64,000 bases of DNA from Alphaproteobacteria bacterium (GCA_050246875.1 JBFWVF010000001.1:226640-290639); one strand, 5' to 3'. Shown: positions 29,892 through 39,828, numbered from the stretch's first letter. A program made the numbers and translations. The notes: a model not told the origin generated them from the letters alone.

Positions 29892-31295
29892 ATGTCGAGC
29901 AATCTCGCGGCCTTCGCCTACCTCATCGCCAGCATCTGCTTCATCCTGGCGCTGCGCGGCCTGTCGTCGCCGACAACGGCGCGGCAGGGCAACTTCATCG
30001 GCATCGCCGGCATGGTCGTCGCCGTGGCGACGACGCTGGCCCTGCCCGGCGTGCTGTCCTACGGCTCGATCGCCGTGGCGGTGCTGATCGGCGGCTCGAT
30101 CGGCACCTTCATCGCGCTGCGCATCCAGATGACGGCGCTGCCGCAGCTCGTCGCCGCCTTCCACTCGCTGGTCGGCCTCGCCGCCGTGTTCGTCGCCGGC
30201 GCCTCTTTCTACGCGCCCGAGGCCTACGGCATCGGCACCGCCGGGCACATCCATGCCGGCAGCCTGGTCGAGATGTCGATCGGCACGGCCATCGGCGCCA
30301 TCACCTTCACCGGCTCGATCATCGCCTTCGGCAAGCTCCAGGGCCTCCTGTCGGGCAAGCCGCTGGTCTTCCCCGGCCAGCACTGGGTCAACCTGGCCCT
30401 CGGCCTGTGCCTGATCGCGCTGGTCGTCTGGCTGTGCATCGGCCAGTCGCCGGTGGCCTTCTGGCTGATCGTCGCCCTCGCGCTGGTGCTCGGCGTGCTG
30501 ATCATCGTGCCGATCGGCGGCGCCGACATGCCGGTCGTCGTCTCGATGCTCAACTCCTACTCGGGCTGGGCCGCCGCCGGCATCGGCTTCACCCTCGGCA
30601 ACCCCCTGCTCATCGTCACCGGCGCGCTGGTCGGCTCGTCCGGCGCCATCCTCAGCTACATCATGTGCAAGGGGATGAACCGCTCCTTCCTCAACGTCAT
30701 CCTCGGCGGCTTCGGCGGCGAGGTGGCGGGGCCGCAGGGCGACATGGGCGACCGCGTGGTGAAGCAGGGCGCTGCCGCCGACGCCGCCTTCATCATGGGC
30801 GAGGCCTCGTCCGTGATCATCGTGCCGGGCTACGGCATGGCGGTGGCGCAGGCGCAGCACGCGCTCCGCGAGATGGCCGACCAGCTGAAGAAGCGCAACG
30901 TGACGGTGCGCTACGCCATCCACCCGGTGGCGGGTCGCATGCCGGGGCACATGAACGTGCTGCTGGCCGAGGCCGGCGTGCCCTACGAGGACGTGCTGGA
31001 ACTCGACGAGATCAACCGTGATTTCGCCGGCACCGACGTGACCTTCGTCATCGGCGCCAACGACATCACCAACCCGGCGGCGAAGACCGACAAGTCCTCG
31101 CCGATCTTCGGCATGCCGGTGCTCAACGTCGAGGAATCAGGGACGGTGCTGTTCGTCAAGCGCTCGCTGGCCTCGGGCTACGCCGGCGTCGACAACCCGC
31201 TGTTCTACCGCGACAACACGATGATGCTGTTCGCCGACGCCAAGAAGATGTGCGAGGACATCGTCAAGGCGCTGGAGGGCGGCGGCGGGCACTGA
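29892..31295 (+). CDS. pntB: NAD(P) transhydrogenase subunit beta
   Basis: 467 aa, TM N-terminal half plus dIII NADP-binding C-terminal half. Confidence 0.9.
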   Translation: MSSNLAAFAYLIASICFILALRGLSSPTTARQGNFIGIAGMVVAVATTLALPGVLSYGSIAVAVLIGGSIGTFIALRIQMTALPQLVAAFHSLVGLAAVFVAGASFYAPEAYGIGTAGHIHAGSLVEMSIGTAIGAITFTGSIIAFGKLQGLLSGKPLVFPGQHWVNLALGLCLIALVVWLCIGQSPVAFWLIVALALVLGVLIIVPIGGADMPVVVSMLNSYSGWAAAGIGFTLGNPLLIVTGALVGSSGAILSYIMCKGMNRSFLNVILGGFGGEVAGPQGDMGDRVVKQGAAADAAFIMGEASSVIIVPGYGMAVAQAQHALREMADQLKKRNVTVRYAIHPVAGRMPGHMNVLLAEAGVPYEDVLELDEINRDFAGTDVTFVIGANDITNPAAKTDKSSPIFGMPVLNVEESGTVLFVKRSLASGYAGVDNPLFYRDNTMMLFADAKKMCEDIVKALEGGGGH

Positions 31296-31318
31296 GACGC
31301 CTGTTCGCGCGCTGCCCG

Positions 31319-31417
31319 CCTCGCCCTTCGACAAGCTCAGGGTGAGGCGGGTTGGAAACATCCTGCAGGGTGAACTCCCTTTCCCCCTCCTCGTCCTGAG
31401 CCTGTCGAAGGACGAGG
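31319..31417. repeat. REP-like composite repeat, copy B (two inverted units)
   Basis: Unit 31319-31350 CCTCGCCC-ttcgacaagctca-GGGTGAGG and unit 31386-31417 CCTCCTCGTCC-tgagcctgtcgaa-GGACGAGG, in opposite orientation 35 nt apart. Confidence 0.7.
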
Positions 31418-31435
31418 CACGCACGATGCCCCCGA

Positions 31436-31465
31436 ACGCAAACCGCCGCGCTGAGGGCGCGGCGG
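31436..31465 (-). terminator. Likely rpsU terminator
   Basis: Hairpin CCGCCGCGC-tgag-GGCGCGGCGG, followed on the minus strand by TTTGCGTT. Confidence 0.45.
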
Positions 31466-31494
31466 CTGGGTAACCGGAAAACCCGACAGAACGG

Positions 31495-31701
31495 CTAGTA
31501 GCCCTCGCGCTCCTTGCGCTTGCGGGCCAGCTTGCGCGCGCGGCGCACGGCCTCGGCCTTCTCGCGCGCGCGGCGCTCCGACGGCTTCTCGTAGTTCCGA
31601 CGCAGTTTCATCTCGCGGAAGATACCCTCGCGCTGCATCTTCTTCTTCAGCGCCTTGAGGGCCTGGTCGACATTGTTGTCGCGGACTACGACCTGAACGA
31701 T
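31495..31701 (-). CDS. rpsU: 30S ribosomal protein S21, apparently with a non-AUG (AUC) start
   Basis: [40 protein letters not shown] is S21. A perfect SD GAAGGAGG (31710-31717 complement) sits 8 nt before the ATC codon. The nearest in-frame ATG (31836) would add 45 non-S21 residues and has no RBS. Confidence 0.7.
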   Translation of the reverse strand: MVQVVVRDNNVDQALKALKKKMQREGIFREMKLRRNYEKPSERRAREKAEAVRRARKLARKRKEREGY

Positions 31702-31845
31702 TGTCAGGGCCTCCTTCTGCCGGGAACCGCCGGCGCAGTCGAGCTGCCGGGCGGGCCGAAACACGGGCGGCCGGAATGACCGGCCGCAGTGGGGCGAGTG
31801 TCTAACACAGGCCCCCTGCCCTGCCAAGGCCCGCAAACCGTCGAT

Positions 31846-32739
31846 TTATCCCGGCCCGGCGCGGGGGTCGAGGGCGTCCTGCAGGCCGTCGCCGAGGAAG
31901 TTGAGGGCGATCACCGTGGCGAAGATGCAGGCCCCCGGCCAGAGCGCCAGCGCGGGCGCCCGGGCGATGGTCTCCTGTGCATTGGTCAGCATGTTGCCCC
32001 AGCTCGGCACCGGCGGCTGGATGCCGAGGCCGAGGAAACTCAGCACCGACTCGAGCAGGATGAGATTGCCCGCCGCCAGCGTGGTCGCCACGACCACCGG
32101 CGCGACGACGTTCGGCAGCACGTGGCGCACCGCCACCCGCAGGCGCGAGGCGCCAAGCGCCTCGGCCGCCCGCACATAGTCGCGCGCCCGCACCGAGAGT
32201 GCACCCGCCCGCACCAGCCGCGCCACCGTCGTCCAGCCGACCAGCGCGATGACGACGACGATGCGGAACAGCGCCGCCTGCTCGCTCTGGGCCACGCCGG
32301 CCGGCACGCCGAGGCGCGTCAGGTCGACCGCCGCCAGCACGATGAGCAGCGGCAGCACCGGCAGCGCGATCACCGCGTCCGTCACGCGCATCAGCAGCGC
32401 GTCGGTGCGGCCACCGCGCGTGCCGGCGGCGAGGCCGACGACGGTGCCGATCAGCGCCGCCCCCAGCGCCGCGGCGAGGCCGACGGCGAGCGAGACCTGC
32501 CCGCCATAGAGCAGGCGCAGCAGAACGTCGCGTCCCGCCTCGTCGGTGCCGAGCAGGTGGCCGTTGCCGGGCGGCGCGTAGCGGCCGAACAGGTCGACCG
32601 CAGTGGCGTCGAGCCCGAGGGCCGCCTCCACCAGCGGCGCTGCCAGGGCGGCGAGGGCCATCGCGACCAGCACGACGAGACCGGCGACGGCGGCGCGGTG
32701 GCGCACGAAGCGGCGGCGGAAGCGGGCCTGGCGGTTCAT
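31846..32739 (-). CDS. ABC transporter permease (DppC/OppC/NikC-like)
   Basis: 297 aa BPD_transp_1 permease. Last gene of the mntR-SBP-permease run. Confidence 0.85.
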   Translation of the reverse strand: MNRQARFRRRFVRHRAAVAGLVVLVAMALAALAAPLVEAALGLDATAVDLFGRYAPPGNGHLLGTDEAGRDVLLRLLYGGQVSLAVGLAAALGAALIGTVVGLAAGTRGGRTDALLMRVTDAVIALPVLPLLIVLAAVDLTRLGVPAGVAQSEQAALFRIVVVIALVGWTTVARLVRAGALSVRARDYVRAAEALGASRLRVAVRHVLPNVVAPVVVATTLAAGNLILLESVLSFLGLGIQPPVPSWGNMLTNAQETIARAPALALWPGACIFATVIALNFLGDGLQDALDPRAGPG

Positions 32740-32768
32740 GGCCGGTTGTCCCCCGGCCTCGCCTGAAC

Positions 32769-32856
32769 GGCCTCTCCTTCGACAGGCTCAGGATGAGGCC
32801 GTCGGGTAAAGACGAGAATTGTCATCCTCGTCCTGAGCTTGTCGAAGGACGAGGCG
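32769..32856. repeat. REP-like composite repeat, copy C (two inverted units), inside an operon
   Basis: Unit 32769-32800 GGCCTCTCC-ttcgacaggctcagga-TGAGGCC and unit 32823-32856 catCCTCGTCC-tgagcttgtcgaa-GGACGAGGcg, 22 nt apart, between the two permease genes. Confidence 0.7.
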
Positions 32857-32875
32857 GCATGATCGGCGATGGCCG

Positions 32876-33844
32876 TCACTGTCGGGCCTCCTGCGCGCGG
32901 TAGCTGATGCGCGGGTCGAGGGCGGCGTACGCGATGTCGGCCAGCACGTTGGCGAGCAGGACCACGCCGGTGGCGAACAGCAGCGCCACCAGGGCCGTGT
33001 TGAAGTCGTTGCCGAGGATCGAGTCGTAGATGAGCTTGCCCATGCCGAGCCAGCCGAACATCGTCTCGGTGATCAGCGCGCCCGAGAACAGCGTGCCGAA
33101 GTCGAGCGCGATGACGGTGACCAGCGGCAGCATGGCGTTCCGCAGCGCGTGCCCGGCGACGACGCGCGCCGGCCCCGCGCCCTTGGCGCGGGCGGTGCGG
33201 ATCCAGTCCTGCCGCAGGGCCTCGATCATGGCGCCGCGGGCGAACCGAGTGTAGGCGGCCAGACTCGCCGCCATCAGCGTCGCCACGGGCAGCACGAGAT
33301 GGACGGCGCGCGCGCTCCACGGCGCGTCGGCCTCGCCCATGCCGCCGGCCGGCAGCCAGCCGAGCGTGACGGCGAAGACGATGATCAGCACCAGCGCCAG
33401 CCAGAACGGCGGCACCGACACGCCGGCGAAGCAGGCGAGGTTGATCGTCGTGTCGAGGAGACCGCGCGGCCGCAGCGCGGCGACGATGCCGGCCGTCACC
33501 GCGACGGCGATGGCCAGCGTCGCCGCGATGCCGAGCAGCAGCAGCGTGTTGCCGAGGCGCGGCAGCAGGATTTCCAGCACCGGCCGGTTATAGGTGCGCG
33601 AATAGCCGAAATCGCCCGACAGCGCCGCGCCGAGCCAGTTGAGGTAGCGCTCCCAGATCGGCAGGTCGAGGCCGTAGAGCGCCCGCAGCCGCGCCGCGTC
33701 CTGCGGCGCGAGACGCGGGTCGGAGGCGATCATGATGTCGACGGGATCGCCCGGCATCAGCCCGATCAGGGCATAGATGACGAAGGACATGACGGCGAGG
33801 ACGACGAGCGCCTGGAGAAGCCGCCCGGCGAGCCATCCCCCCAT
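32876..33844 (-). CDS. ABC transporter permease (DppB/OppB/NikB-like)
   Basis: 322 aa, 6-TM BPD_transp_1 permease. Confidence 0.85.
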   Translation of the reverse strand: MGGWLAGRLLQALVVLAVMSFVIYALIGLMPGDPVDIMIASDPRLAPQDAARLRALYGLDLPIWERYLNWLGAALSGDFGYSRTYNRPVLEILLPRLGNTLLLLGIAATLAIAVAVTAGIVAALRPRGLLDTTINLACFAGVSVPPFWLALVLIIVFAVTLGWLPAGGMGEADAPWSARAVHLVLPVATLMAASLAAYTRFARGAMIEALRQDWIRTARAKGAGPARVVAGHALRNAMLPLVTVIALDFGTLFSGALITETMFGWLGMGKLIYDSILGNDFNTALVALLFATGVVLLANVLADIAYAALDPRISYRAQEARQ

Positions 33845-33853
33845 GCGCCGCCC

Positions 33854-35518
33854 TCAGCGCCCGGTCCAGTGCTCGACCCACAGGGTCGACGGAAACTGGT
33901 GGCCGGTCGGCGTCACGCCCTTGAGCCAGCGCGGCAGCACGAAGGCGTTGGCACGGAAGTAGAGCGGCAGGACCGGCAGATCCTCGGCGTAGAGACGCTG
34001 GATGGTGCGCCACAGCCGCGTCTGGTCCTCGGGCGCGCAATCCAGCTCGACGCGATCGAGCGCCTCGTCCATCGCGGCATTGCGGTAGCCGGTATAGTTC
34101 TGGCCGGCCCAGTTGTTCTCCGCCGTCGGGATCATGGTCGAGTGCAGCGTCGTGCGCGGCACGTTCTCCGGCGAGGAGAAGAAGGCGAACATCACCATGC
34201 CGGGAAAGCGCCGCTCGCGGACGCTCTGGCCGAACATCACGCGCGCCGGCTCGCCGCGCAGGCGCACGTCGATGCCGAGCGTGCGCCAGTTGCTCTGCAG
34301 CACCTGCGCCACCAGCTCGCGCGTGCGGTTGCCGGCCGTCGTCAGCAGTTCGAGCGTCGCGCGCTCGCCCTGCGGCGTCCGCAGGAAGCCGTCCGGTCCC
34401 TGCGTCCAGCCGGCCTCGACCAGCAGCAGCTTCGCCCGTTTCGGGTCGTAGGGCGTCTTCGGCGCGTCGGCCCAGTGGTGCTTGTCGTCGGGATGGACCT
34501 GGCCATGCGCCACCGGCTGCCTGCCGGCGAACAGGCGCTGGCTGATCGCCTCGCGGTCGATCGCCATCAGCAGGGATTTCCGCAGGCGGACGTCGGCCAG
34601 CAGCGGATTGTCGAGGTTGAGATCGATGTGCTCGTAGAACAGGCCGGTGCGGAAGACCACCGCGAACCGCCCGTCCTTGCGCGCCTCGAGCGCGAGGGCC
34701 TGGTCGAGCGAGATGCCGTCCTCGCCGGAGATCATGTCGATCTCCCCGGCCAGCAGGTTCTGCTCCAGCGCGGCGGTGTTCTCGATGGTGCGGACGGTGA
34801 TGCGCCTGAACCAGGGCTTCGTGCCCTGCCAGTGGGTGTTGGGCTCGAGCGTGATCGACGCGCCCGGCTGCACGGCGACGACGCGGTACGGGCCGTTGTA
34901 GAGGCCGGGATTGGTCGGATCGCGGTCGTAGCCATTCTGCGTGGAATAGGTCTGCGGCGCGGCGGCGGCCTTCGCCTCGACATGCGCCGGCAACGGCTCG
35001 AAGTCGCCGAGGCCCTGGTAGTCGCAGGTGCGCTTGTTCCAGTGCACGGTGAAGCGGCGGTCGTCGTGGACGACGACCTCCTCCATGCGGCGGAAGGTTT
35101 CCTGGCCGGCAAAGCCCGCTTCCGGCGTGCGACCGAGCTTCCAGGTGAACAGCACGTCCTGCGTCGTCACCGGCGTGCCGTCGCCCCAGCGCGCGTCGGT
35201 GCGGATGGCGTAGTCGGTCGCCATGCCGGGCTTGCCGTCCGGCGTCGTCCAGTCGCGCGCCGTGCCCTTCGCCCGGTCGGGCAGTTCGACGCAGAGCAGG
35301 CAGACGAGCTTCCAGTCGGGGTCGTAGACGGTGAACGGCCGCCGCGTCATGCCGTGGACGTAGGACAGCACGACATGCGTGGCGATGGCCGGATTGAGAC
35401 TCGTCGGGTACTGCGAGACGCCGATGGTCAGCGTGTCCTTCGCGGCGGCGGGCCATGCGGCAGCGAGCGCCATGGCGGCAGCCATGGCCGCGCCGGCAGG
35501 GCTCTGCCTCCGTCGCAT
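33854..35518 (-). CDS. ABC transporter substrate-binding protein, family 5 (peptide/nickel/opine type)
   Basis: Start ATG 35518 (MRRRQSPAGAAMAAAMALAAAWPAAA-KD signal peptide), 554 aa. Its ATG overlaps the mntR TGA stop (TGATG). Confidence 0.85.
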   Translation of the reverse strand: MRRRQSPAGAAMAAAMALAAAWPAAAKDTLTIGVSQYPTSLNPAIATHVVLSYVHGMTRRPFTVYDPDWKLVCLLCVELPDRAKGTARDWTTPDGKPGMATDYAIRTDARWGDGTPVTTQDVLFTWKLGRTPEAGFAGQETFRRMEEVVVHDDRRFTVHWNKRTCDYQGLGDFEPLPAHVEAKAAAAPQTYSTQNGYDRDPTNPGLYNGPYRVVAVQPGASITLEPNTHWQGTKPWFRRITVRTIENTAALEQNLLAGEIDMISGEDGISLDQALALEARKDGRFAVVFRTGLFYEHIDLNLDNPLLADVRLRKSLLMAIDREAISQRLFAGRQPVAHGQVHPDDKHHWADAPKTPYDPKRAKLLLVEAGWTQGPDGFLRTPQGERATLELLTTAGNRTRELVAQVLQSNWRTLGIDVRLRGEPARVMFGQSVRERRFPGMVMFAFFSSPENVPRTTLHSTMIPTAENNWAGQNYTGYRNAAMDEALDRVELDCAPEDQTRLWRTIQRLYAEDLPVLPLYFRANAFVLPRWLKGVTPTGHQFPSTLWVEHWTGR

Positions 35519-35973
35519 CACTCGGCGGCGTCCTTGCGGCCCCGCGCGGCGGTGACGCGGGCGAACGCCGCCAGCGTCTCCTCGCCGACATAGTGCTCGA
35601 TGCCCTCGGCATCGGACTCGGCGCTCTTCTCCGACACGCCGATGGCGCGCAGGAAGTCGACGACGATGCGATGGCGCCGGCGCGAACGTTCGGCCAGCGC
35701 CCTGCCCTCGTCGGTGAGGAAGATCGAGCGGTAGGGCCGCGTCGTCACCAGGCCGTCGCGCTGCAGCCGTCCGACCACCTTGTTGACGGTGGCGTGCGAG
35801 ACGCCGAAGCGTGCCGCCAGCTCGACCACGCGCGCCTCGCCATAAGCGGCGATGAGATCGTCGATCAGTTCGACGTAGTCCTCGGCCATCTCGGTCTGGT
35901 GCGCGTCGCGGACTCGCCGGAACTGCGCGGCCTGGCGGTCGGCGTCGACGATGCGTCCACTGGCGGTACTCAC
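35518..35973 (-). CDS. mntR: DtxR-family manganese-responsive regulator MntR
   Basis: GTG 35973 after GGGGGAGGG. 151 aa collinear with E. coli MntR (FRRVRDAHQTEMAEDYVELIDDLI...HRIVVDFLRAIGVSEKSAESDAEGIEHYV). Confidence 0.8.
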   Translation of the reverse strand: MSTASGRIVDADRQAAQFRRVRDAHQTEMAEDYVELIDDLIAAYGEARVVELAARFGVSHATVNKVVGRLQRDGLVTTRPYRSIFLTDEGRALAERSRRRHRIVVDFLRAIGVSEKSAESDAEGIEHYVGEETLAAFARVTAARGRKDAAE

Positions 35974-36049
35974 CTGCCCTCCCCCGGCTTGCCGTGCGAC
36001 AGAGTAGCGGCGCCGGCGAATCCATAACAAGGTTTTCCGGCCATGCCGA

Positions 36050-36069
36050 AATGTAGTATTAACTACATT
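36050..36069. promoter_or_regulatory. Candidate MntR operator (8-4-8 perfect palindrome)
   Basis: AATGTAGT-atta-ACTACATT in the mntR/sitA divergent intergenic region. Same architecture as the E. coli MntR box AACATAGC-N4-GCTATGTT. Confidence 0.45.
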
Positions 36070-36115
36070 ATGTAGCAACTTGTTACTAGAATAGCGCTGG
36101 CCTAGATTTCGAAGG

Positions 36116-37117
36116 ATGTCCAGCAGCGCCAACAGGGGGTTCGGCACCGCCATCGCGCGCTTCGTCGCCGCGCTGGTGCTGCTCGCCGCGATGGCGGCCG
36201 GCCCGGCGCTTGCGCGCGACCGGCCGCTCGCCGTGGTGACGACCATCGCCCAGATCGGCGAGCCCTTGCGCGCCATCGCGGGCGACCGCGCCGAGGTGAA
36301 ATCGCTGCTGGGCGAGGGCGTCGATCCGCACCTCTATCGTCCGACGCGCTCCGATGTGGCTCTGCTTGCCGGCGCCGATGTCGTCTTCTGGTCGGGGCTC
36401 GACCTCGAAGCGCAGATGAAGGACACGCTCGGCCGCCTCGGCGCGACGCGGCCAGTCCTCGCAATCGCCGAGCGTCTGCCCCCGTCCCGCCTGCTGGCCA
36501 CGCCGGGTGCGGCCCACGATCCGCATGTCTGGATGGATCCCGACCTGTGGCGGCAGGCGCTGGCCGTGGCGGTCGAAGCGCTGGCAGGCGCCGATCCCGA
36601 GGGCGGCGAGGGCTATCGCGCCCGCGCGCAGGTCTATTTCGCCCGGCTCGGCGAACTCGACGCCTATATCCGCACCGTCATCGCCAGCATTCCCGCAAGC
36701 GCCCGTACCGTCGTGACCGCGCACGATGCCTTCAACTATTTCGGCGCCCGTTATGGTCTCGACGTCATCGGCATCCAGGGTATCTCGACCGAGAGCGAGG
36801 CCGGACTCGCCGCCGTGGAAGGGCTGGTGACACTGCTGGTCGAGCGCCGTATCCCGGCGGTGTTCGTCGAAACGTCGGTGCCCGAGCGCCACGTTCGTGC
36901 GCTGATCGAGGGTGCGGCGGCGAAGGGCCACACGGTGATCGTCGGCGGCGCCCTGTTCTCCGACGCCATGGGCGCGCCCGGAAGCTGGGAAGGCACCTAT
37001 ATCGGCATGCTCGACCACAATGCGACGACTCTCGCGCGTGCCCTCGGCGGCACGGCGCCGGCGGGCGGCCTCGCCGGCCGCCTCGCCGCGCCGGTCCAGG
37101 CCGGAGGCCGGCGATGA
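36116..37117 (+). CDS. sitA: Metal (Mn/Fe) ABC transporter substrate-binding protein, TroA/SitA family
   Basis: 333 aa ZnuA/TroA-like periplasmic binding protein with signal peptide. Confidence 0.85.
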   Translation: MSSSANRGFGTAIARFVAALVLLAAMAAGPALARDRPLAVVTTIAQIGEPLRAIAGDRAEVKSLLGEGVDPHLYRPTRSDVALLAGADVVFWSGLDLEAQMKDTLGRLGATRPVLAIAERLPPSRLLATPGAAHDPHVWMDPDLWRQALAVAVEALAGADPEGGEGYRARAQVYFARLGELDAYIRTVIASIPASARTVVTAHDAFNYFGARYGLDVIGIQGISTESEAGLAAVEGLVTLLVERRIPAVFVETSVPERHVRALIEGAAAKGHTVIVGGALFSDAMGAPGSWEGTYIGMLDHNATTLARALGGTAPAGGLAGRLAAPVQAGGRR

Positions 37118-37923
37118 CGCCGCCGACCGTCACCGTCGTCGATGGCGAACGGCCTGCCCCCTGGACGTCGGCGCCGGAGGTGCCGCTCGCCGTGCGTGGC
37201 CTCACCGTCGCCTACCGCGCCACCCCGGCGCTGTGGAACGTCGACTGGGATGTGCCGCCCGGCGCCATGTCGGCGATCGTCGGGCCGAACGGCGCCGGCA
37301 AGTCGACGCTGCTCAAGGCCATACTCGGCCTCGTGCCGACGCTCGCCGGCGAGGTACGCGTCTTCGGCGCGCCACTCGCCCGCGCGCGCGGCGATGTCGC
37401 CTATGTGCCGCAGCGCAGCGCCGTCGACTGGGATTTCCCGGCCAGCGCGCTCGATGTCGTCGCCATGGGCCTCTATGGCAGGATCGGCTGGTGCCGGCCG
37501 GTACGGCGCAGGCACCGCGAGGCGGCGCGCGCGCGCCTGGCCGAGGTCGGCATGGCCGATCTCGCCGACCGCCAGATCGGCGAGCTGTCCGGCGGCCAGC
37601 AGCAGCGCGTCTTCATCGCCCGCGCGCTGGCGCAGCAGGCACGGCTGGTGCTGCTCGACGAACCTTTCGCCGGTGTCGACGCCGCGACCGAACACGCCCT
37701 CGTCACGGCACTGCGCCGCCTGGCCGCGACGGGTGTCACCGTGGTCGCCGTGCATCACGATCTCGAGACGCTGGCCGACACTTTCGACCACGCCCTGCTG
37801 CTCAACGTGCGCCGCATCACCGCCGGCCCGGTCGGCGAGGTGCTGACCGAGGAAGCGCTGCAGCGCGCCTATGGCGGCCGGCTGGCGCCGACGCAATTGC
37901 GCGCCCTCGCCCGCGCCGGCTGA
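37114..37923 (+). CDS. sitB: Metal ABC transporter ATP-binding protein
   Basis: ATG 37114 overlaps the sitA stop. Walker [18 protein letters not shown] signature. Confidence 0.85.
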   Translation: MTPPTVTVVDGERPAPWTSAPEVPLAVRGLTVAYRATPALWNVDWDVPPGAMSAIVGPNGAGKSTLLKAILGLVPTLAGEVRVFGAPLARARGDVAYVPQRSAVDWDFPASALDVVAMGLYGRIGWCRPVRRRHREAARARLAEVGMADLADRQIGELSGGQQQRVFIARALAQQARLVLLDEPFAGVDAATEHALVTALRRLAATGVTVVAVHHDLETLADTFDHALLLNVRRITAGPVGEVLTEEALQRAYGGRLAPTQLRALARAG

Positions 37924-38867
37924 TGCTGGCGCACCTCGCCGACATCCTGCTGTTCCAGGCCGGCTTCAACACCGCGGTCGTTACCGCCGGCACGACACTG
38001 CTCGGCATCGCCGCCGGCATCGTCGGCGTCTTCGTCGTCCTGCGCCGCCGCGCACTGGTCGCCGACGCCGTCAGCCATGGCACCCTGCCCGGCGTCGCGC
38101 TGGCCTTCCTCGGGGCCGTGGCGCTCGGCATGGACGGCCGTTCCCTGCCCGTCCTCCTCACCGGCGCCACCGCGACCGGCATTCTGGCGGTGCTCGCCGT
38201 GCAATGGATCCGCGACCACACGCGCCTGCCCGAGGATGCGGCGATCGGCACCGTGCTGTCGGTCTTCTTCGGCGCCGGAATCGTGCTGCTCAGCCACATC
38301 CAGACGCTGCCGGGCGGTGGCCAGGCCGGGCTGGAGACCTTCCTGCTCGGCGCCGCGGCGACGATGAACCGCGGCGAGGCCGTCACCATCGCCGTCGCGG
38401 CCACGGCCGCCCTCGCCGCCGTGGCGCTGCTGCACAAGGAATTCGCGGTGCTGGCCTTCGATCCGGACTGGGCAGCGGCGCGCGGCTGGCGCACCGCACG
38501 GCTCGATCTCGCGCTGCTGGCGCTGCTCGTCCTCGTCGTCGTCATCGGGCTCAAGGCGGTGGGCCTGGTGCTGGTGATCGCCCTCGTCATCGTGCCGCCG
38601 GCGACGGCCCGGCTGTGGTACGGTCGCATCGGCCCGATGACATTGCTCGCCGGCGCCTTCGGCGGCATCGCCGGCTGGGCCGGCACGGCGGCATCGGCGC
38701 TGTTCGCCGACCTGCCGGCCGGCGCCGTCATCGTGCTGGTGGCCGCCGGCATGTTCGGCGCGAGCCTGCTCCTCGCCCCCCGTCGCGGTGCCGTCGCCAC
38801 GCTGCTGCGCACCGCCCGCCAGCGGCGCGCCCTGGCCGGGCGGGCCATGCGCGGCGAGGCTGCCTGA
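37923..38867 (+). CDS. sitC: Metal ABC transporter permease
   Basis: ATG 37923 overlaps the sitB TGA. ABC-3 family permease. Confidence 0.85.
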   Translation: MLAHLADILLFQAGFNTAVVTAGTTLLGIAAGIVGVFVVLRRRALVADAVSHGTLPGVALAFLGAVALGMDGRSLPVLLTGATATGILAVLAVQWIRDHTRLPEDAAIGTVLSVFFGAGIVLLSHIQTLPGGGQAGLETFLLGAAATMNRGEAVTIAVAATAALAAVALLHKEFAVLAFDPDWAAARGWRTARLDLALLALLVLVVVIGLKAVGLVLVIALVIVPPATARLWYGRIGPMTLLAGAFGGIAGWAGTAASALFADLPAGAVIVLVAAGMFGASLLLAPRRGAVATLLRTARQRRALAGRAMRGEAA

Positions 38868-39823
38868 TGCCGACGGCGGCGGCCTTCATCACCGTCGACC
38901 TGCCGGCGCTCGCGCTGGCGGTCTGCGCCTGCCTCGCCTGCGGCCTGACCGGCAATTTCCTCGTCCTGCGACGACAGGCGCTGGTCGGCGACGCCATGTC
39001 GCATGTCGTGCTGCCCGGCATCGTCGTCGCCTGGCTCGTCGCGGGAACCATCGACTCCCTCGCAATGATGGCCGGCGGCCTGCTCGCGGCGCTGCTGGCG
39101 ACCGGGCTGATCGCCGCCGTTCGCCACCTCGCGCGTCTGGAAGCGGGAGCGGCGATGGGCGTGGTCTTCACCGCCATGTTCGCCATCGGCGTCGTGCTGA
39201 TCGAGCGGAGCCCGGCGCGCGACGTCCACCTCGACACCACCCACGCCCTGATGGGCGCGCTCGAACTGGCGCTGTGGCTGGGACCGACCGGCTGGGACGA
39301 CGTGCTGGCGGCGCACAACCTCGCCGCCCTGCCGCGCGAGGTGACGACCCTCGCCGCCGTGGCGCTGGCGACCGCGGCGTTGACGGCCATCTTCTTCAAG
39401 GAGCTGCGCCTCGCCACGTTCGACGCCGGGCTGGCGGCGGCGCTCGGCTACCGGCCGCGCCTCGTCGGCGGCGCGGTGATGGCGTGGACGGCGATCGTCG
39501 CCGTCGCCGCCTTCGATGCCGTCGGCTCGATCCTGCCGATCGCCATGTTCATCTGCCCGGCGGCGACGGCGCGCATGCTGACGGACCGTCTGGGACAGCA
39601 GATCCGGGCCAGCGCCGCCATCGCCGTGCTCGCCGCCGCCGGCGGCTACTTCGCGGCCGCCTTCGCGCCGCTGTGGACCGGCGGCACGGCCTCCCTCAAC
39701 GCGGCCGGGATGATCGCCGTCGTCGCCGGCGCGCTGCAGGTGGCGGCCATGCTCTTCGCCCCCCGCCACGGCGCGCTGGCCCGTGCACTGGCCCGCCGCG
39801 GTCCGGTGGCGACGGCGGCGTGA
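38867..39823 (+). CDS. sitD: Metal ABC transporter permease
   Basis: ATG 38867 overlaps the sitC stop. ABC-3 family permease. Confidence 0.85.
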   Translation: MPTAAAFITVDLPALALAVCACLACGLTGNFLVLRRQALVGDAMSHVVLPGIVVAWLVAGTIDSLAMMAGGLLAALLATGLIAAVRHLARLEAGAAMGVVFTAMFAIGVVLIERSPARDVHLDTTHALMGALELALWLGPTGWDDVLAAHNLAALPREVTTLAAVALATAALTAIFFKELRLATFDAGLAAALGYRPRLVGGAVMAWTAIVAVAAFDAVGSILPIAMFICPAATARMLTDRLGQQIRASAAIAVLAAAGGYFAAAFAPLWTGGTASLNAAGMIAVVAGALQVAAMLFAPRHGALARALARRGPVATAA

Positions 39824-39828
39824 ATCTT

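Noticed and set aside
31137-33320. Small ORFs encoding SFD(K/R)LRTR or LSLSKGEAG peptides (31137..31424-, 32736..33320-, part of 56677..57807+)
   Set aside because: These are translations of the REP-like repeat units read in both orientations, not genes.
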